From the NCBI GenBank assembly GCA_965203295.1, contig CBDBCZ010000018.1, positions 2,400,001 through 2,464,000 of the forward strand: a stretch of DNA of 64,000 bases, in the 5' to 3' direction. The position numbers were made by a program, and so were the translations under genes. Positions 50,001 to 62,900 of the stretch are shown here, piece after piece. This stretch comes from Nitrospirales bacterium. GTDB taxonomy: Bacteria; Nitrospirota; Nitrospiria; Nitrospirales; UBA8639. The notes under the pieces are model-generated. The model saw only the letters and a program-made list of their open reading frames with translations. It made no database searches and was not told where the DNA came from. Position 1 is the first letter of the stretch; each line of letters opens with the position of its first letter.

Positions 50001-53000
50001 TTTTATGGCTCGCTGGCATCACCAGAAGGGCCATACACTCAGTGATGTGTATGTTATGAATTTGGAACACTAGCATCCAAAGTATCAGGATAACAGCTCA
50101 TATCTGGGGATAAAAGTATGTTAACAGAGGAAAGGTAATGTAGATACCCTTGTATATATCTTTATACCGGTTCATATAGTGTATACCTGTTTATACATTT
50201 GCATACGTGTGTAAACCCGTGTATATTTCAGAATACCTGCGATTACTCTGGTATATAAATGTATATACTGTATACCTGTGTATACTTGTGTATACGAGTG
50301 CATACGTGTGTATACCCGTGTAAACTTGAGTATACTAGTGTATGCAAATGCAAATACCCTTTTATGCCTCTTTATACCTTTGTATACTTGTGTATGCCTT
50401 GTATACATGCGCACACGTGTATATACCTGTTTTTACATGTGTATACGTGTTTACTAGTGTATAAAACTGTAAATACCGCGTATGTTTTGTATACCAGTGT
50501 ATACATGTGCATTCGTGTGCATACCCGCGTATACCTGTGTTTTCCAGTATACTCGTGTAAACGAAATGTAGATACACATGTGTACTCTTTTTATGTCTGT
50601 GTATACTTGTATATACCAGTGTATACATGAGTATACGCGTGTATATCCTTGTGTATTCTTGTGTGTTCATGTGGATGTGTTCATACTCGCGTATACTTGT
50701 GCATACCTGTTTAAACTTTTATACACATGTAATTACCCGTGTAAGCCTGTCTGTACCTGTGTATACCTGTGTATACATGTAAATACGCACGTATACTTGT
50801 GTATACCTGTTTATGAGACTGCCTGTTTATACACACGCTTATGTATACCCCGTTTTACTCGTGTATAGTTGCGTATACCTATTTGTATACCTCTGTATAC
50901 CGGTCTATTCTTGTCTACACTTGTGTATAGCCGTGTATACCAGTAAATGCTTATTTACCTGTGTATGGTTGTGTCTACCACGGTATACTTGTGTATACAA
51001 GTGTATGCTTTTGTATACAAATGTAGATACCCGAGTATACCTCTTTATACTTGTGTATACTTGTGTATACCTGTGTTTACTTGTGTATACAAATGTAGAT
51101 ACCCGTATATACCCTATTTATACCTGTGTGTACTTGTGCATACCTGTGTATACATCCGCACTCGAGCGTATACCCACGTATACTTGTGTATACCTGTATT
51201 AACTCGTGTATACAATTTTAGGTACTCGTGTGTACCTCTTTATACTTGCGTATACATGTTTGTGCCTGTGTATACATGTGCATATTGTGTATACCTGCGT
51301 ATACTTGTGGATGCCTGTTTACTCGAGTATACAAGTGTAGGTATCCATGAATACCTCTTTATGCCTTTGTATACTTCCGTATACCTGTGTATACATGTGT
51401 GTACATGTGTTTACATGTGTAAACACGTGTAAACACGTGTATACTTATGTATACTTGTGTATACCTGTGCATACATGTGTATAGACGTGTAAACTTGTGT
51501 AAACTTGTGTATACTTGTGTATACCCGTGTAATCTTGTGTATACTTGTGTGTACCTGGTTTAAACCTGTATGAGCCTTTGTATACCTGTGTATACTTGTG
51601 TATTTCAGCATATAATTGTGTATACTCGTGTATGCTCGTATATACCCATGTATACTTCTTTTAACCTGTGTATACTTGTGTATATTTGTGTATAACCGTG
51701 TTTATTGGTGTATTCATAACTGTGTATACATGTGTATACACATGTATAATTGTGTATACTTGTGTTAAACCGTTTTTAATGGTGAATTTTACCTGTGTAT
51801 AGTTGTTTACCCGTGTATACTTTTGTATTCCCGTGTATACATCTGTATTCCAGTGTATGCTTGAGTATACCCGTGTATATACTTAATTAGTCATTTTTAC
51901 TTGTGTATACTTGAGTAAACACGTGTACTTGTGTATACTGCCTTCTCTTTTATTCTTTCAGGAGATGGTAGTTCATGACTGGCCCAATTTTATGGCTAGC
52001 TCGCATCACCAGAACGGCCATACACTCAGTGATGTGTATGTTATGAATTTGGAACACTAGCATCCAAAGTATCAGGATAACAGCTCATATCAGGGGATAA
52101 AAGTATGTTAACAGAGGAAAGGTAATGTAGATACCCTTGTATATATCTTTATACCGGTTCATATAGTGTATACCTGTTTATACATTTGCATACGTGTGTA
52201 AACCCGTGTATATTTCAGAATACCTGCGATTACTCTGGTATATAAATATATATACTGTATACCTGTGTATACTTGTGTATACGAGTGCATACGTGTGTAT
52301 ACCCGTGTATACTTGAGTATACTAGTGTATACAAATGTAATTACCCATTTATGCCTCTTTATACCTTTGTATACTTGTGTATGCCTTGTATACATGCGCA
52401 CACGTGTGTATACCTGTTTTTACTTGTGTATACGTGTTTACTAGTGTATAAAACTGTAAATACCGCGTATGTTTTTGTATACCTGTGTATACATATGCAT
52501 TCGTGTGCATACCCGCGTATACCTGTTTTCCAGTTTACTCGTGTATACGAAATGTAGATACACATGTGTACTCTTTTTATGTCTGTGTATACTTGTATAT
52601 ACCAGTGTATACATGAGTATACGCGCGTATATCCTTGTGTATTCTTGTGTGTTCATGTGGATGTGTTCATACTCGCGTATACTTGTGCATACCTGTTTAA
52701 ACTTTTATACACATGTAATCACCCATGTAAGCCTGTCTGTACCTGTGTATACCTGTGTATACATGTAAATACGCTCGTATACTTGTGTATACCTGTTTAT
52801 GAGACTACCTGTTTATACACACGCTTATGTATACCCCGTTTTACTCGTGTATAGTTGTGTATACCTATTTGTATACCTCTGTATACCTGTCTATTCTTGT
52901 CTACACTTGTGTATAGCCGTTTTACTCGTGTATAGTTGCGTATACCTATTTGTATACCTCTGTATAGCGGTCTATTTTTGTCTACACTTGTGTATAGTCT

Positions 53001-55085
53001 ACCACGGTATACTTGTGTATACACGTGTATGCTTTTGTATACAAATGTAGATACCCGAGTATACCTCTTTATACTTGTGTATACTTGTGTATACCTGTGT
53101 TTACTTGTGTATACAAATGTAGATACCCGTATATACCCTATTTATACCTGTGTGTATTTGTGCATACCTGTGTATACATCCGCACTCGAGCGTATACCCA
53201 CGTATACTTGTGTATACCTGTATTAACTCGTGTATACAATTTTTGGTACCCGTGTGTACCTCTTTATACTTGCGTATACTTGTTTGTGCCTGTGTATACA
53301 TGTGCATATTGTGTATACCTGCGTATACTTGTGGATGCCTGTTTACTCGAGTATACAAATGTAGATATCCATGAATACCTCTTTATGCCTTTGTATACTT
53401 TCGTATACCTGTGTATACATGTGTGTACATGTGTTTACATGTGTAAACACGTGTAAACACGTGAATACTTGTGTATACTTGTGTATACCTGTGCATACAT
53501 GTGTATAGACGTGTAAACTTGTGTAAACTTGTGTATACTTGTGTATACCCCAGTAATCTTGTGTATACTTGTGTGCACCTGGTTTAAACCTGTATGAGCC
53601 TTTGTATACCTGTGTATACTTGTGTATTTCAGCATATATTTGTGAATACTCGTGTATGCTCGTATATACCCATGTATACTTCTTTTAACCTGTGTATACT
53701 TGTGTATATTTGTGTATAACCGTGTTTATTGGTGCATGCATAACTGTGTATACATGTGTATAAACATGTATAATTGTGTATACTTGTGTTAAACCGTGTT
53801 TAATGGTGAATTTTACCTGTGTATAGTTGTTTACCCGTGTATACTTTTGTATTCCCGTGTATACATCTGTATTCCAGTGTATGCTTGTGTTACCCGTGTA
53901 TATACTTAATTAGTTGTTTTTACTTGTGTATGCTTGAATAAAAACGTGTACTTGTTACTGCCTTCTCTTTTATTCTTTCAGGAGATGGTAGTTAATGACT
54001 GGTCCATTTTTATGACTCGCTGGCATTACCAGCAGGGCCATACTCAGTGATGAGTATCATGAATTTGGAACACTAGCATCCAAAGTATCAGGATAACAGC
54101 TCATATCTGGGGATAAAAGTATGTTAACAAAGGATATGTAATGTAGATACCCTTGTATATATCTTTATACCGGTTCATATAGTGTATACCTGTTTATACA
54201 TTTGCGTACGTGTGTAAACACACGTATACTTCGGAATACCTGTGATTACTCATGTATATAAATGTATATACTGTATACCTGTGTATACTTGTGTATGCGA
54301 GATCATACGTGTGTATACCCTTTTATACTTGAGTATACTTGTAAATACTAGTGTATACAAATGTATATATCCATTTATGCCTCTTTATACCTTTGTATAC
54401 TTGTGTGTTTGTATATGCGCACACGCGTATACCTGTTTTTACTTGTGTATACCTCTGTTTACTAATGTATAAAACTCTAAATACCGTTTGTTTTTTTATA
54501 CCTGTGTATACATGTGCAAACGGGTGCATACGCGCGTATACTTGTTTATGACTGTTTACTCGTTTAAACAAAATGTAGATACCCATGTGAACCCTTTTTA
54601 TGCCTGTGTATACTTGTATATACCAGTGTATACATGTGTATACGCCTGTATATCCTTGTATATTCTTGTGGGTTCATGTGGATGTGTTTATACCTGCGTA
54701 TACTAGTGCATACCTGTTTAAACGTTTATACACATGTAGATACGCGCGTAAGCCGGTGTGTACCAGCGTATACCTGTGTACACGTGCAAATACGTACGTA
54801 TACTTGTGTATACCTATTTGAGACTGTATATATACTTGTGTATACCTGTTTATACACACGCTTGCGTATTCTTGGTTTTACTCGTGTATAGTTGTTTATG
54901 CCTATTTGTAAACTTCTGTATACCTGTCCATTCTTGTGTATACTTGTGTATAGCCGTGTATACCAGTGAATACTTATTTACTTGTGGTATTGTACTGTCT
55001 ACCATGGTATGCTTGTGTATACACGCGTGTATACTTTTGTATAGTCGTGTATACTTGTGTATGCCTGTATAAACTTATATATATT
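44054..55085. repeat. GTGTATAC satellite organised as a ~2.0-2.2-kb higher-order repeat
   Basis: 10-bp subrepeat, ~122-bp unit, and a ~190-bp non-satellite segment whose ttcag recurs ending at 45753, 47914, 49974, 51961, 53981 and (diverged) 55116. Confidence 0.95.
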
Positions 55086-55364
55086 TGTGTGTACTGCCTT
55101 TTCTTTTTCCTTTCAGGCGGTGGTTGTTAATGAATGACATTGTTGGCCCATTTTTATGGCTCGCTGGCATCACAACAAGAGCCATAAGCTCAGTGATGTC
55201 TGTGTGTCATGAATTTGGAACACTAGCGTCCAAAAGTGTTCAGATTACAGCTCCACTGTATGCAGTTAACTAAGAATAAAAGAACAAACAAAGGGTAAGT
55301 GATGTACAAAAGATTAAGCGACTAATTAAATCTTTATAATTTTGTATACCCACGAAATTTGTAT

Positions 55365-55730
55365 ATAAAAATAAAATGAAAAGAAAAGATTAAAAAAAGG
55401 AAAAACCAAAAATGAAGAAAAAGGAAAGAAAAGGAGGAAAAAGAAAAAGTAAAAAGAAAAAGAAAAACAAAAAGAAAAAAAAAAGAAAAATAAAAATTAT
55501 AAAAATTAAAAAGAAAAACGGAAAGAAAAAGGAAAAAAAAAGAAAAAATAAAGAAAAAAGATAAAGTTAGTAAAAGGAGAGATAAATGTTAAAGAAAAGA
55601 AAAAGAAATAGAAGAGAAAAGAGAAAAATAAAAGGAAAGAAGAATAAAAAAGAAAAAAAGAAAAATTAACCCTTCACACCCAAAACGAAAAAAAAAAAAA
55701 AATTAAATTGGTGAAAAAAAAAGAAAAATT
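55365..55730. repeat. A-rich (AAAAG-like) low-complexity tract
   Basis: Almost pure A/G on the plus strand. Confidence 0.85.
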
Positions 55731-56720
55731 GCACCTTTTGGGATTCGAACCTGGGAATGTCTATTCAATAGCCTTGAACTTACCATTCACACCATAGGCC
55801 TTGTACGGATGTCGTGACCAGAAATGGCTTATAAACCAAAATTGATTTTCAGATGTATTTATAAGGTATTGGGAATAATGATTTAAATGAAAGTAAAAGA
55901 AAGAAAAAGAGAAAAAGGCTGAAAAAATAAATAGAAAAAGTAATGTAGAAATAAAAAAAAATTAAATCGGCGGAAAAAAAAAGAAAATGTGTACCTTTTG
56001 GGATTCGAACCTGGGAATGTATATTCAATAGCCTAGTACTTACCATACACACCATAGGCCTTGTAAGGATGTGGTGGCCAGAAATGGCTTATAAACCAAA
56101 GTAGATTTTCAGATGCATTTATAAGGTATTGGGAATAATGATTTAAATGAAAGTAAAAGAAAGAAAAAGAGAAAAAGGCTGAAAAAATAAATAGAAAAAG
56201 TAATGTAGAAATAAAAAAAAATTAAATCGGCGGAAAAAAAAAGAAAATGTGTACCTTTTGGGATTCGAACCTGGGAATGTATATTCAATAGCCTAGTACT
56301 TACCATACACACCATAGGCCTTGTAAGGATGTGGTGGCCAGAAATGGCTTATAAACCAAAGTAGATTTTCAGATGCATTTATAAGGTATTGGGAATAAAG
56401 ATTTAAATAAAAGAAAAAGAAAGAAAAAGTGAAAAAGGCTAAAAAAATTAAAAAAAAGTAATGAAGAAATAAAAAAAAATTAAAACGGCGGAAAAAAAAA
56501 GAAAAGGTGTACCTTTTTGGATTCGAACCAGGGAATGTCTATTCAATAGCCTAGAACTTACCATACACACCATAGGCCTTGTAAGGATGTGGTGGCCAGA
56601 AATGGCTTATAAACCAAAAAAGATTTTCTGATGCATTTATAAGGTATTGGGAGTAAAGATTTAATTTAAAAAAAAAGAAAGAAAAAAGAAAAAAGGCTAA
56701 AAAATAAAAAGGAAAAATTA
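55690..56720 (-). repeat. four tandem 260-bp units, each with a tRNA-Gln(TTG)-derived head (A box, B box, oligo-T)
   Basis: Minus strand ggcctaTGGTGTGTATGGtaagtactaggctaTTGaatatacattcccaGGTTCGAATCCcaaaaggtac followed by ttttctttttttt, at ~55732-55800, 55992-56060, 56252-56320 and 56510-56578. Stems are imperfect. Confidence 0.75.
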
Positions 56721-56914
56721 AATAAAAAAAAAAAGAAAAAAAAAAAAGAAAAAAAAAATAAAAAATGTAAAAAATAAGTAAAAAAAAATAATGGAAGAGA
56801 TAAAAAAACAAACTAAAATTTAAGAAAACCAAAAAAAAAAAAAAACCAAATGTCTTTGATACCTCTGTCGCGACTGTACGAGTCAGAAAGCTGGGTACCA
56901 AAAATTTTTAAGCC

Positions 56915-59900
56915 ACAAAATTTGATTTCTGGAGGTTGCAGAGGTGAAAGGGAGGTGTCAACGGTACGTACGCGGTACCCTGGAAGGTATGAGACATTTT
57001 CGTTTTTTGTTCTTAAATGTTTTTCTTTGATATCTCGATTTCCGGATGTCGCACAGGTTAAAGTGAGATGTCAACGTTACCAACGCGATTTCCTCAACAG
57101 TATGCGATCATTTTCTTTTTTCGATAAAAAACTTTTTTTCTTTGTTATCTAGATTTGTGGGGGTGGTACTGGTGAATGGGAGAGTCAGCAGTACCAACGC
57201 GGTGCCCTGAGCAGTATTCGAGCATTTTCGTTTTTCGGTCCAATAAATTTTCTTCAATATCTCAGTTTCTGGAGGTCATACAAGTGGAGAAAAGGTGTCA
57301 ACGGTATCGACGTTATCCTTTGAATAGTATGCGAGCATTTTTCTTTTCGGATCCAAATTTTTTTTTTATAATTTGCACAAGTGAAAGTGAGGTGTCAGCG
57401 GTTCCAACGCCGTTCCCAAAGCTTTATGCGAGCATTTTCGTCTTTCTGTCCAAAATAATTTTTTTGATATCTCAATTTCTGGAGGTTGCATATGCTAAAA
57501 GTTGGTGTAAACGATACCAACGCGAAACCATGAACAGTATGTGAGCATTTTCGTTTTTCTGTCCAAATTTTATTTTCTTGATATCTTGCACAGGTGAAAG
57601 GGAGGTGTCAGCGGTACCAACGCCGTTCCCCTAGCAGTGTGGGAGCATTTTCGTCTTTCTGTCCAAAAAAATTTTCTTCGATATCTCGATTTCTGGAGGT
57701 TGCACATGCGAAAAGTAGGTGTAAACGATACCAACGCGGTACCATGAACAGTATTCGAGCATTTTCGTTTTACGGTCAAATTTTTTTTCTCGATATATCG
57801 CACAAGTGAAAGGGAGATGTCAGCGGTAACAACGCTGTTATCTGAGCAGTGTGCGAACATTTTCATTTTTCGGTCCAAAAAAATTTGCTTCCATATCTTG
57901 ATTTTTGGAGGTCGCACAGGTGAAAGGGAGGGGTGATCGGTAAAAACGCGGTTTCCTGAGCAGTATGTAAGCATTTTTGTTTTTTGGTCCAAAATATATT
58001 TCTTCCAAAAATTGCATAGTTGAAAGGAGGTTTTAGCCATACTAACACGGTGCCCTAAACAGTATGCGAGAATTTTCGTTTTTCAGTTCAAAAATTTTTT
58101 CTTCGATATCTCGAACAGGTAAATGGGAGGTGTCAGCTGTTCCCACGCCGTTCCCATAGCAGTATGCGAGTAATTTCGCTCGAATTTTTTTTTTTTTGAT
58201 ATCTCGCACAGGCGAAAGAGAAGTGTTTGACTACCAACGCGGTACCCTGAGTAGTATGCGAGCATTTTTGTTTTTCCATCCAATAAATTTTTAATCGATA
58301 TCTCGATTTCTGAAGTTTGCGCCGGAGAAAGGGAGGTGTCAACGGTGCCACCGTTTTGCCCTGAACAGTGTGGGAGAATTCTGGTTTTCCGGTCAAAATT
58401 GTTTTTTTTATATCTCACACATGTGAAAAGGAGGTGTCAGCTGTACCAACGCCGTTCTCTGAGCAGTGTGAGCATTTTCATTTTTCGGTCCAAAAAAATT
58501 TCCTTTCATATCCCGATTTCTGGAAGTCGCAAAGGTAAAAGGGTAGTGTCAGAAGTACCAACGCAGAACCCTGAGTAGGTGCAAGCCTTTTCGTTTTTCG
58601 GTCCAAATTTTTTTTCTTTGATACCTCGCACAGGTGAAAGGGAGATGTCAGCGCTATCAACGCGGTACCCTACGCAGTATACAAGAATTTTTGCCTTTCG
58701 GTCCCAAAAAATTTTCTTTGATATCTCGATTTCTGGAGGTTACCCAGGTGAAAGGTAGGTATCAGCCGTGCCAACGAGTTGCTCTTAACAGTGTGCGAGC
58801 ATTTTCGTTTTTAAGTCCAAATTTTTTTTGTTTGATATCTCGCACAGGTAAAAGGGAGGTGTCAGTGGTACAAACGCGGTATTCTGAGCAGTGTAACGCG
58901 CATTTACTTTTTTCAATTAAAAATTTATTTTTGATATCTTGAGTTCTGGAAGTCGTAAGGTGAAAGGGAGGTTATAGCGGTTCTAACGCCGTTCCTGAGC
59001 AGTATTCGAGCTTTTATATTTTTCGGTCCAAAAAATTTTTTTTCAACATCCGATTTCTGGAGGTCGCAAGGTGAAAGGGAGGGGTTAGCTGTCCAAACGC
59101 CGTTCCCTGAGCAGTATGCGAACTTTTTCGTTTTTCGGTGCAAAAGATTTTCTTCAATATCTCAATTTCTGGAGGTCACACAGGTGAAAGGGAGGTGTCA
59201 GTGGTGCCATCGTAGTGCCCTGAACAGTATGCGAGCATTTTCCTAATTAGGTCCAAAACTTTTTTCTTCGATATCTCTACAGATGATAGGGAGGTGTCAG
59301 CGGTACCAACGCCGTTCTCTGAGCAGTATGCGAGCATTTTCGTTTAACGGTCCAAAATAATTATCTTCGATATCTCAATTTCAGTTGTTCGCATAGGCTA
59401 AAGGGATGTGTCAATGGTGCAAACGCGGTACCCTGAACAGTATGCGAGCATTTTCGTTTTTCGGTTCAAAATTTTTTCTTCGATATCTCGAATTGTAAAA
59501 GTCGCACAGGCGAAAGGGAGGTGTCAATGATGCAAACGCGGTACCCTGAACAGTATGCGAGCATTTTCGTTTTTCGGTTCAAAATTTTTTCTTCGATATC
59601 TAGAATTGTGAAGGTCGCACAGGCGAAAGGGAGGTGTCAATGGTGCAAACGCGGTACCCTGAACAGTATGCGAGAATTTTCGTTTTTCGGTTCAAAATTT
59701 TTTCTTCGATATCTCGAATTGTGAAGGTCGCACAGGCAAAAGGGAGGTGTCAATGGTGCAAACGCCGTACCCTGAACAGTATGCGAGCATTTTCGTTTTT
59801 CGGTTCAAAATTTTTTCTTCGATATCTCGAATTGTGAAAGTCGCACAGGCGAAAGGGAGGTGTCAATGGTGCAAACGCGCTACCCTGAACAGTATGCGAG

Positions 59901-62900
59901 CATTTTCGTTTTTCGGTTCAAAATTTTTTCTTCGATATCTCGAATTGTGAAGGTCCCACAGGCAAAAGGGAGGTGTCAATGGTGCAAACGCCGTACCCTG
60001 AACAGTATGCGAGCATTTTCGTTTTTCGGTTCAAAATTTTTTCTTCGATATCTCGAATTGTGAAAGTCGCACAGGCGAAAGGGAGGTGTCAATGGTGCAA
60101 ACGCGCTACCCTGAACAGTATGCGAGCATTTTTCGTTTTTCGGTTCAAAATTTTTTCTTCGATATCTCGAATTGTGAAGGTCGCACAGGCGAAAGAAAGG
60201 TGTCAATGGTGCAAACGCGGTACCCTGAAGAGTATGCGAGCATTTTCGTTTTTCGGATAAAAATTTTTTCTTCGATATCTTGAATTGTGAAGGTCGCACA
60301 GGCAAAAGGGAGGTGTCAATGGTGCAAACGCCGTACCCTGAACAGTATGCGAGCATTTTCGTTTTTCGGTTCAAAATTTTTTCTTCGATATCTCGAATTG
60401 TGAAAGTCGCACAGGCGAAAGGGAGGTGTCAATGGTGCAAACGCGCTACCCTGAACAGTATGTGAGCATTTTTCGTTTTTCGGTTCAAAATTTTTTCTTC
60501 GATATCTCGAATTGTGAAGGTCGCACAGGCGAAAGGGAGGTGTCAATGGTGCAAACGCGGTACCCTGAAGAGTATGCGAGCATTTTCGTTTTTCGGATCA
60601 AAATTTTTACTTCGATATCTCGAATTGTGAAGGTCGCACAGGCGAAAGAGAGGTGTCAATGGTGCAAACGCGGTACCCTGAACAGTATGCGAGCATTTTC
60701 GTTTTTCGGTTCAAAATTTTTTCTTTGATATCTCGAATTGTGAAGGTCGCACAGGCGAAAGGTAGGTGTCAATGGTTCAAACGCGGTGCTCTGAACAGTA
60801 TGCGAGAATTTTAGTTTTTTGGTTCAAAAATTATTTCTTCGATATCTCGATTTGTAAATTTCGCACAGGCAAAAAAAAGGTGTCAACGGTGTAAACGTGG
60901 TGTCCTAAAATATATGCGAGCATTTTCGTTTTTTGGTTCTAAATCATTTTCTTCGATATCTCAATTTCTGGAGGTGGCACAGGCGAAAGGGAGGTATCAA
61001 ATGTGCCAACACCATACCATGAGATGTGTGCGAACATTTTCGGTTTTCGGTCTAAAACTTTTTTCTTTGATTTCTCGCACTGGTGAAAGAAGGTGTCAGC
61101 GGTACCAACGCGGTGCCATGAGCAGTTTTCGAGCATTTATGTTTTTCAATACAAAATTTTTTCTTCGATATCTCGCACATGTAAAAGTGAGGAGTCAGCG
61201 GAGTCAACGTGGTGGCTAAGCAGTGTGCGAGCATTTTGGTTTTTCAATCAAATAAATTGTTCTTCAAAATCTTGACTTCTTAAGTTCGCACAGGTAACGT
61301 GGAACCCTGAACAGTATGCAAGCATTTTCGTTTTTCGGTCTAAATTTTTTTTTTCAATTACTCGCACAGGTGAAAGGAAGGTGTCATCAGTATCAACGTC
61401 ATTCCTGAGCAGTGAGCGAGCATTATTGTTTTTCGGTCCAAAACATTTTCTTCAATATCACGATTTCTGGAGATCGCACTTGTGAAAGGGACGTGTCAGC
61501 GGTGCCAACCTAGTGCCTTGAACAGTGTGCGAGTATTTTAGTTATTCAGTCCAAAATTTATTTAATTCGATATCTCATACAGGTGAAAGTGAGGTGTCAG
61601 CTGTAACTAAGCGGTGCTCTGAGCAGTATGCGAGCATTTTTGTTTTTCAAAACAAGAACTTTTTCTTCAATATCTCGATTTCAGGAGGTCGCACAGATGA
61701 AAAAAAGGTGTCAACGGTGCCAACGTAGTTTTCAAAACAGTGTACGAGCATTTTTGTTTTTTGATCTAAAAAATTTTCTTCGATATCTCGATTTATGATA
61801 TTCGTAACTGCAAAAGGGAGGTGTCAACGGTTCCAACGCCGTACTCTGAACAGTATGCAAGCATTTTCGTTTTTCGGTCTAAACATTTTTTTTTCGAAAT
61901 CTCGCACAGGTTAAAGGGAGGTCTTAGCGGTACGAACGCGGTGCCCAGTGCAGTTTGCGAGCATTTTCGTTTTTTGCTATAAAAAATTTTTCTTTGATAT
62001 CTCGATTTCTGGAGGTCGCACAGGTGAAAGGGAGGTATCAGCGGTGCCAAAGCAGTGTCCTGAACAGTATACGAACTTTTTTGTTTTTCGGTCCAAAACT
62101 TTTTTCTTCAATATCTTGTACAGGGAAGTGAGGCATCAGCGGTACCAACGCCGTTCCATGAGTAGTATGCGAGTATTTTTGTTTTTCGCTCTAATAAATT
62201 TTTCTTCAATATCTCAATGTTTGAAGGTCACACAGGTGAAAAAGAAGTGTTAAAGATACCAACTTGGAGCCCTGAACAGTATAAGAGCATTTTCGTTTTC
62301 TTTCAAAAACTTTTTTCTTTGAGATCTCGAAAAAGTGAAAGGGAAGTGTTAACGATACTAACGCAGTGCCCTAAATAGTAAGTGAACATTTTTGTTTTGC
62401 GGTCCTTACAATTTTCTTCGATAACTCGATTTCTAGAGGTCGCACTGGTGAACAAGAGGTGTCAATGATCCCAACGCGTTGCCCTGAATACTACGCAATT
62501 TTCGTTTGTCAGTCCACAAAAAGTTGTTTCGATATCTAAATTTCTGGAGGTCTCACAGGTGAAAGGGAGGTGTCAGCGTTGCCAACGCGGTACCCTGAAC
62601 ATTATGCGAGTATTTTAGTTTTTCAGTTCAAATTTTTTTCTTCGATATCTCGCACAGGTGAAAGTGAGGTGTCAGCTATACCAACGCGGTGGTTTGAGCA
62701 GTATGCGAGCATTTTTGTTTTTCAATAATAGTAATTTTTCGATATCTCGATTTCAGAATGTCGCACAGGTGAAAGAAAGGTGTCAACGGTGCTAATGTGG
62801 TTTCTTGAACAGTGTACGAGCATTTTCGTTTTTTGGTCCAATAAAATTTTCTTTGATATCTCTATTTCTGATTGACGTACATGCAAAAGGGAGGTGTTAA

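Noticed and set aside
41150..55072. Dozens of C/V/Y/T/H-rich ORFs (also at 7792-9759)
   Set aside because: They are translations of the GTGTATAC satellite in all frames and on both strands.
45730..55273. Repeat/spacer alternation resembling a CRISPR array
   Set aside because: The scale is ~2 kb, the cassettes are near-identical rather than unique, there are no cas genes and the context is eukaryotic.
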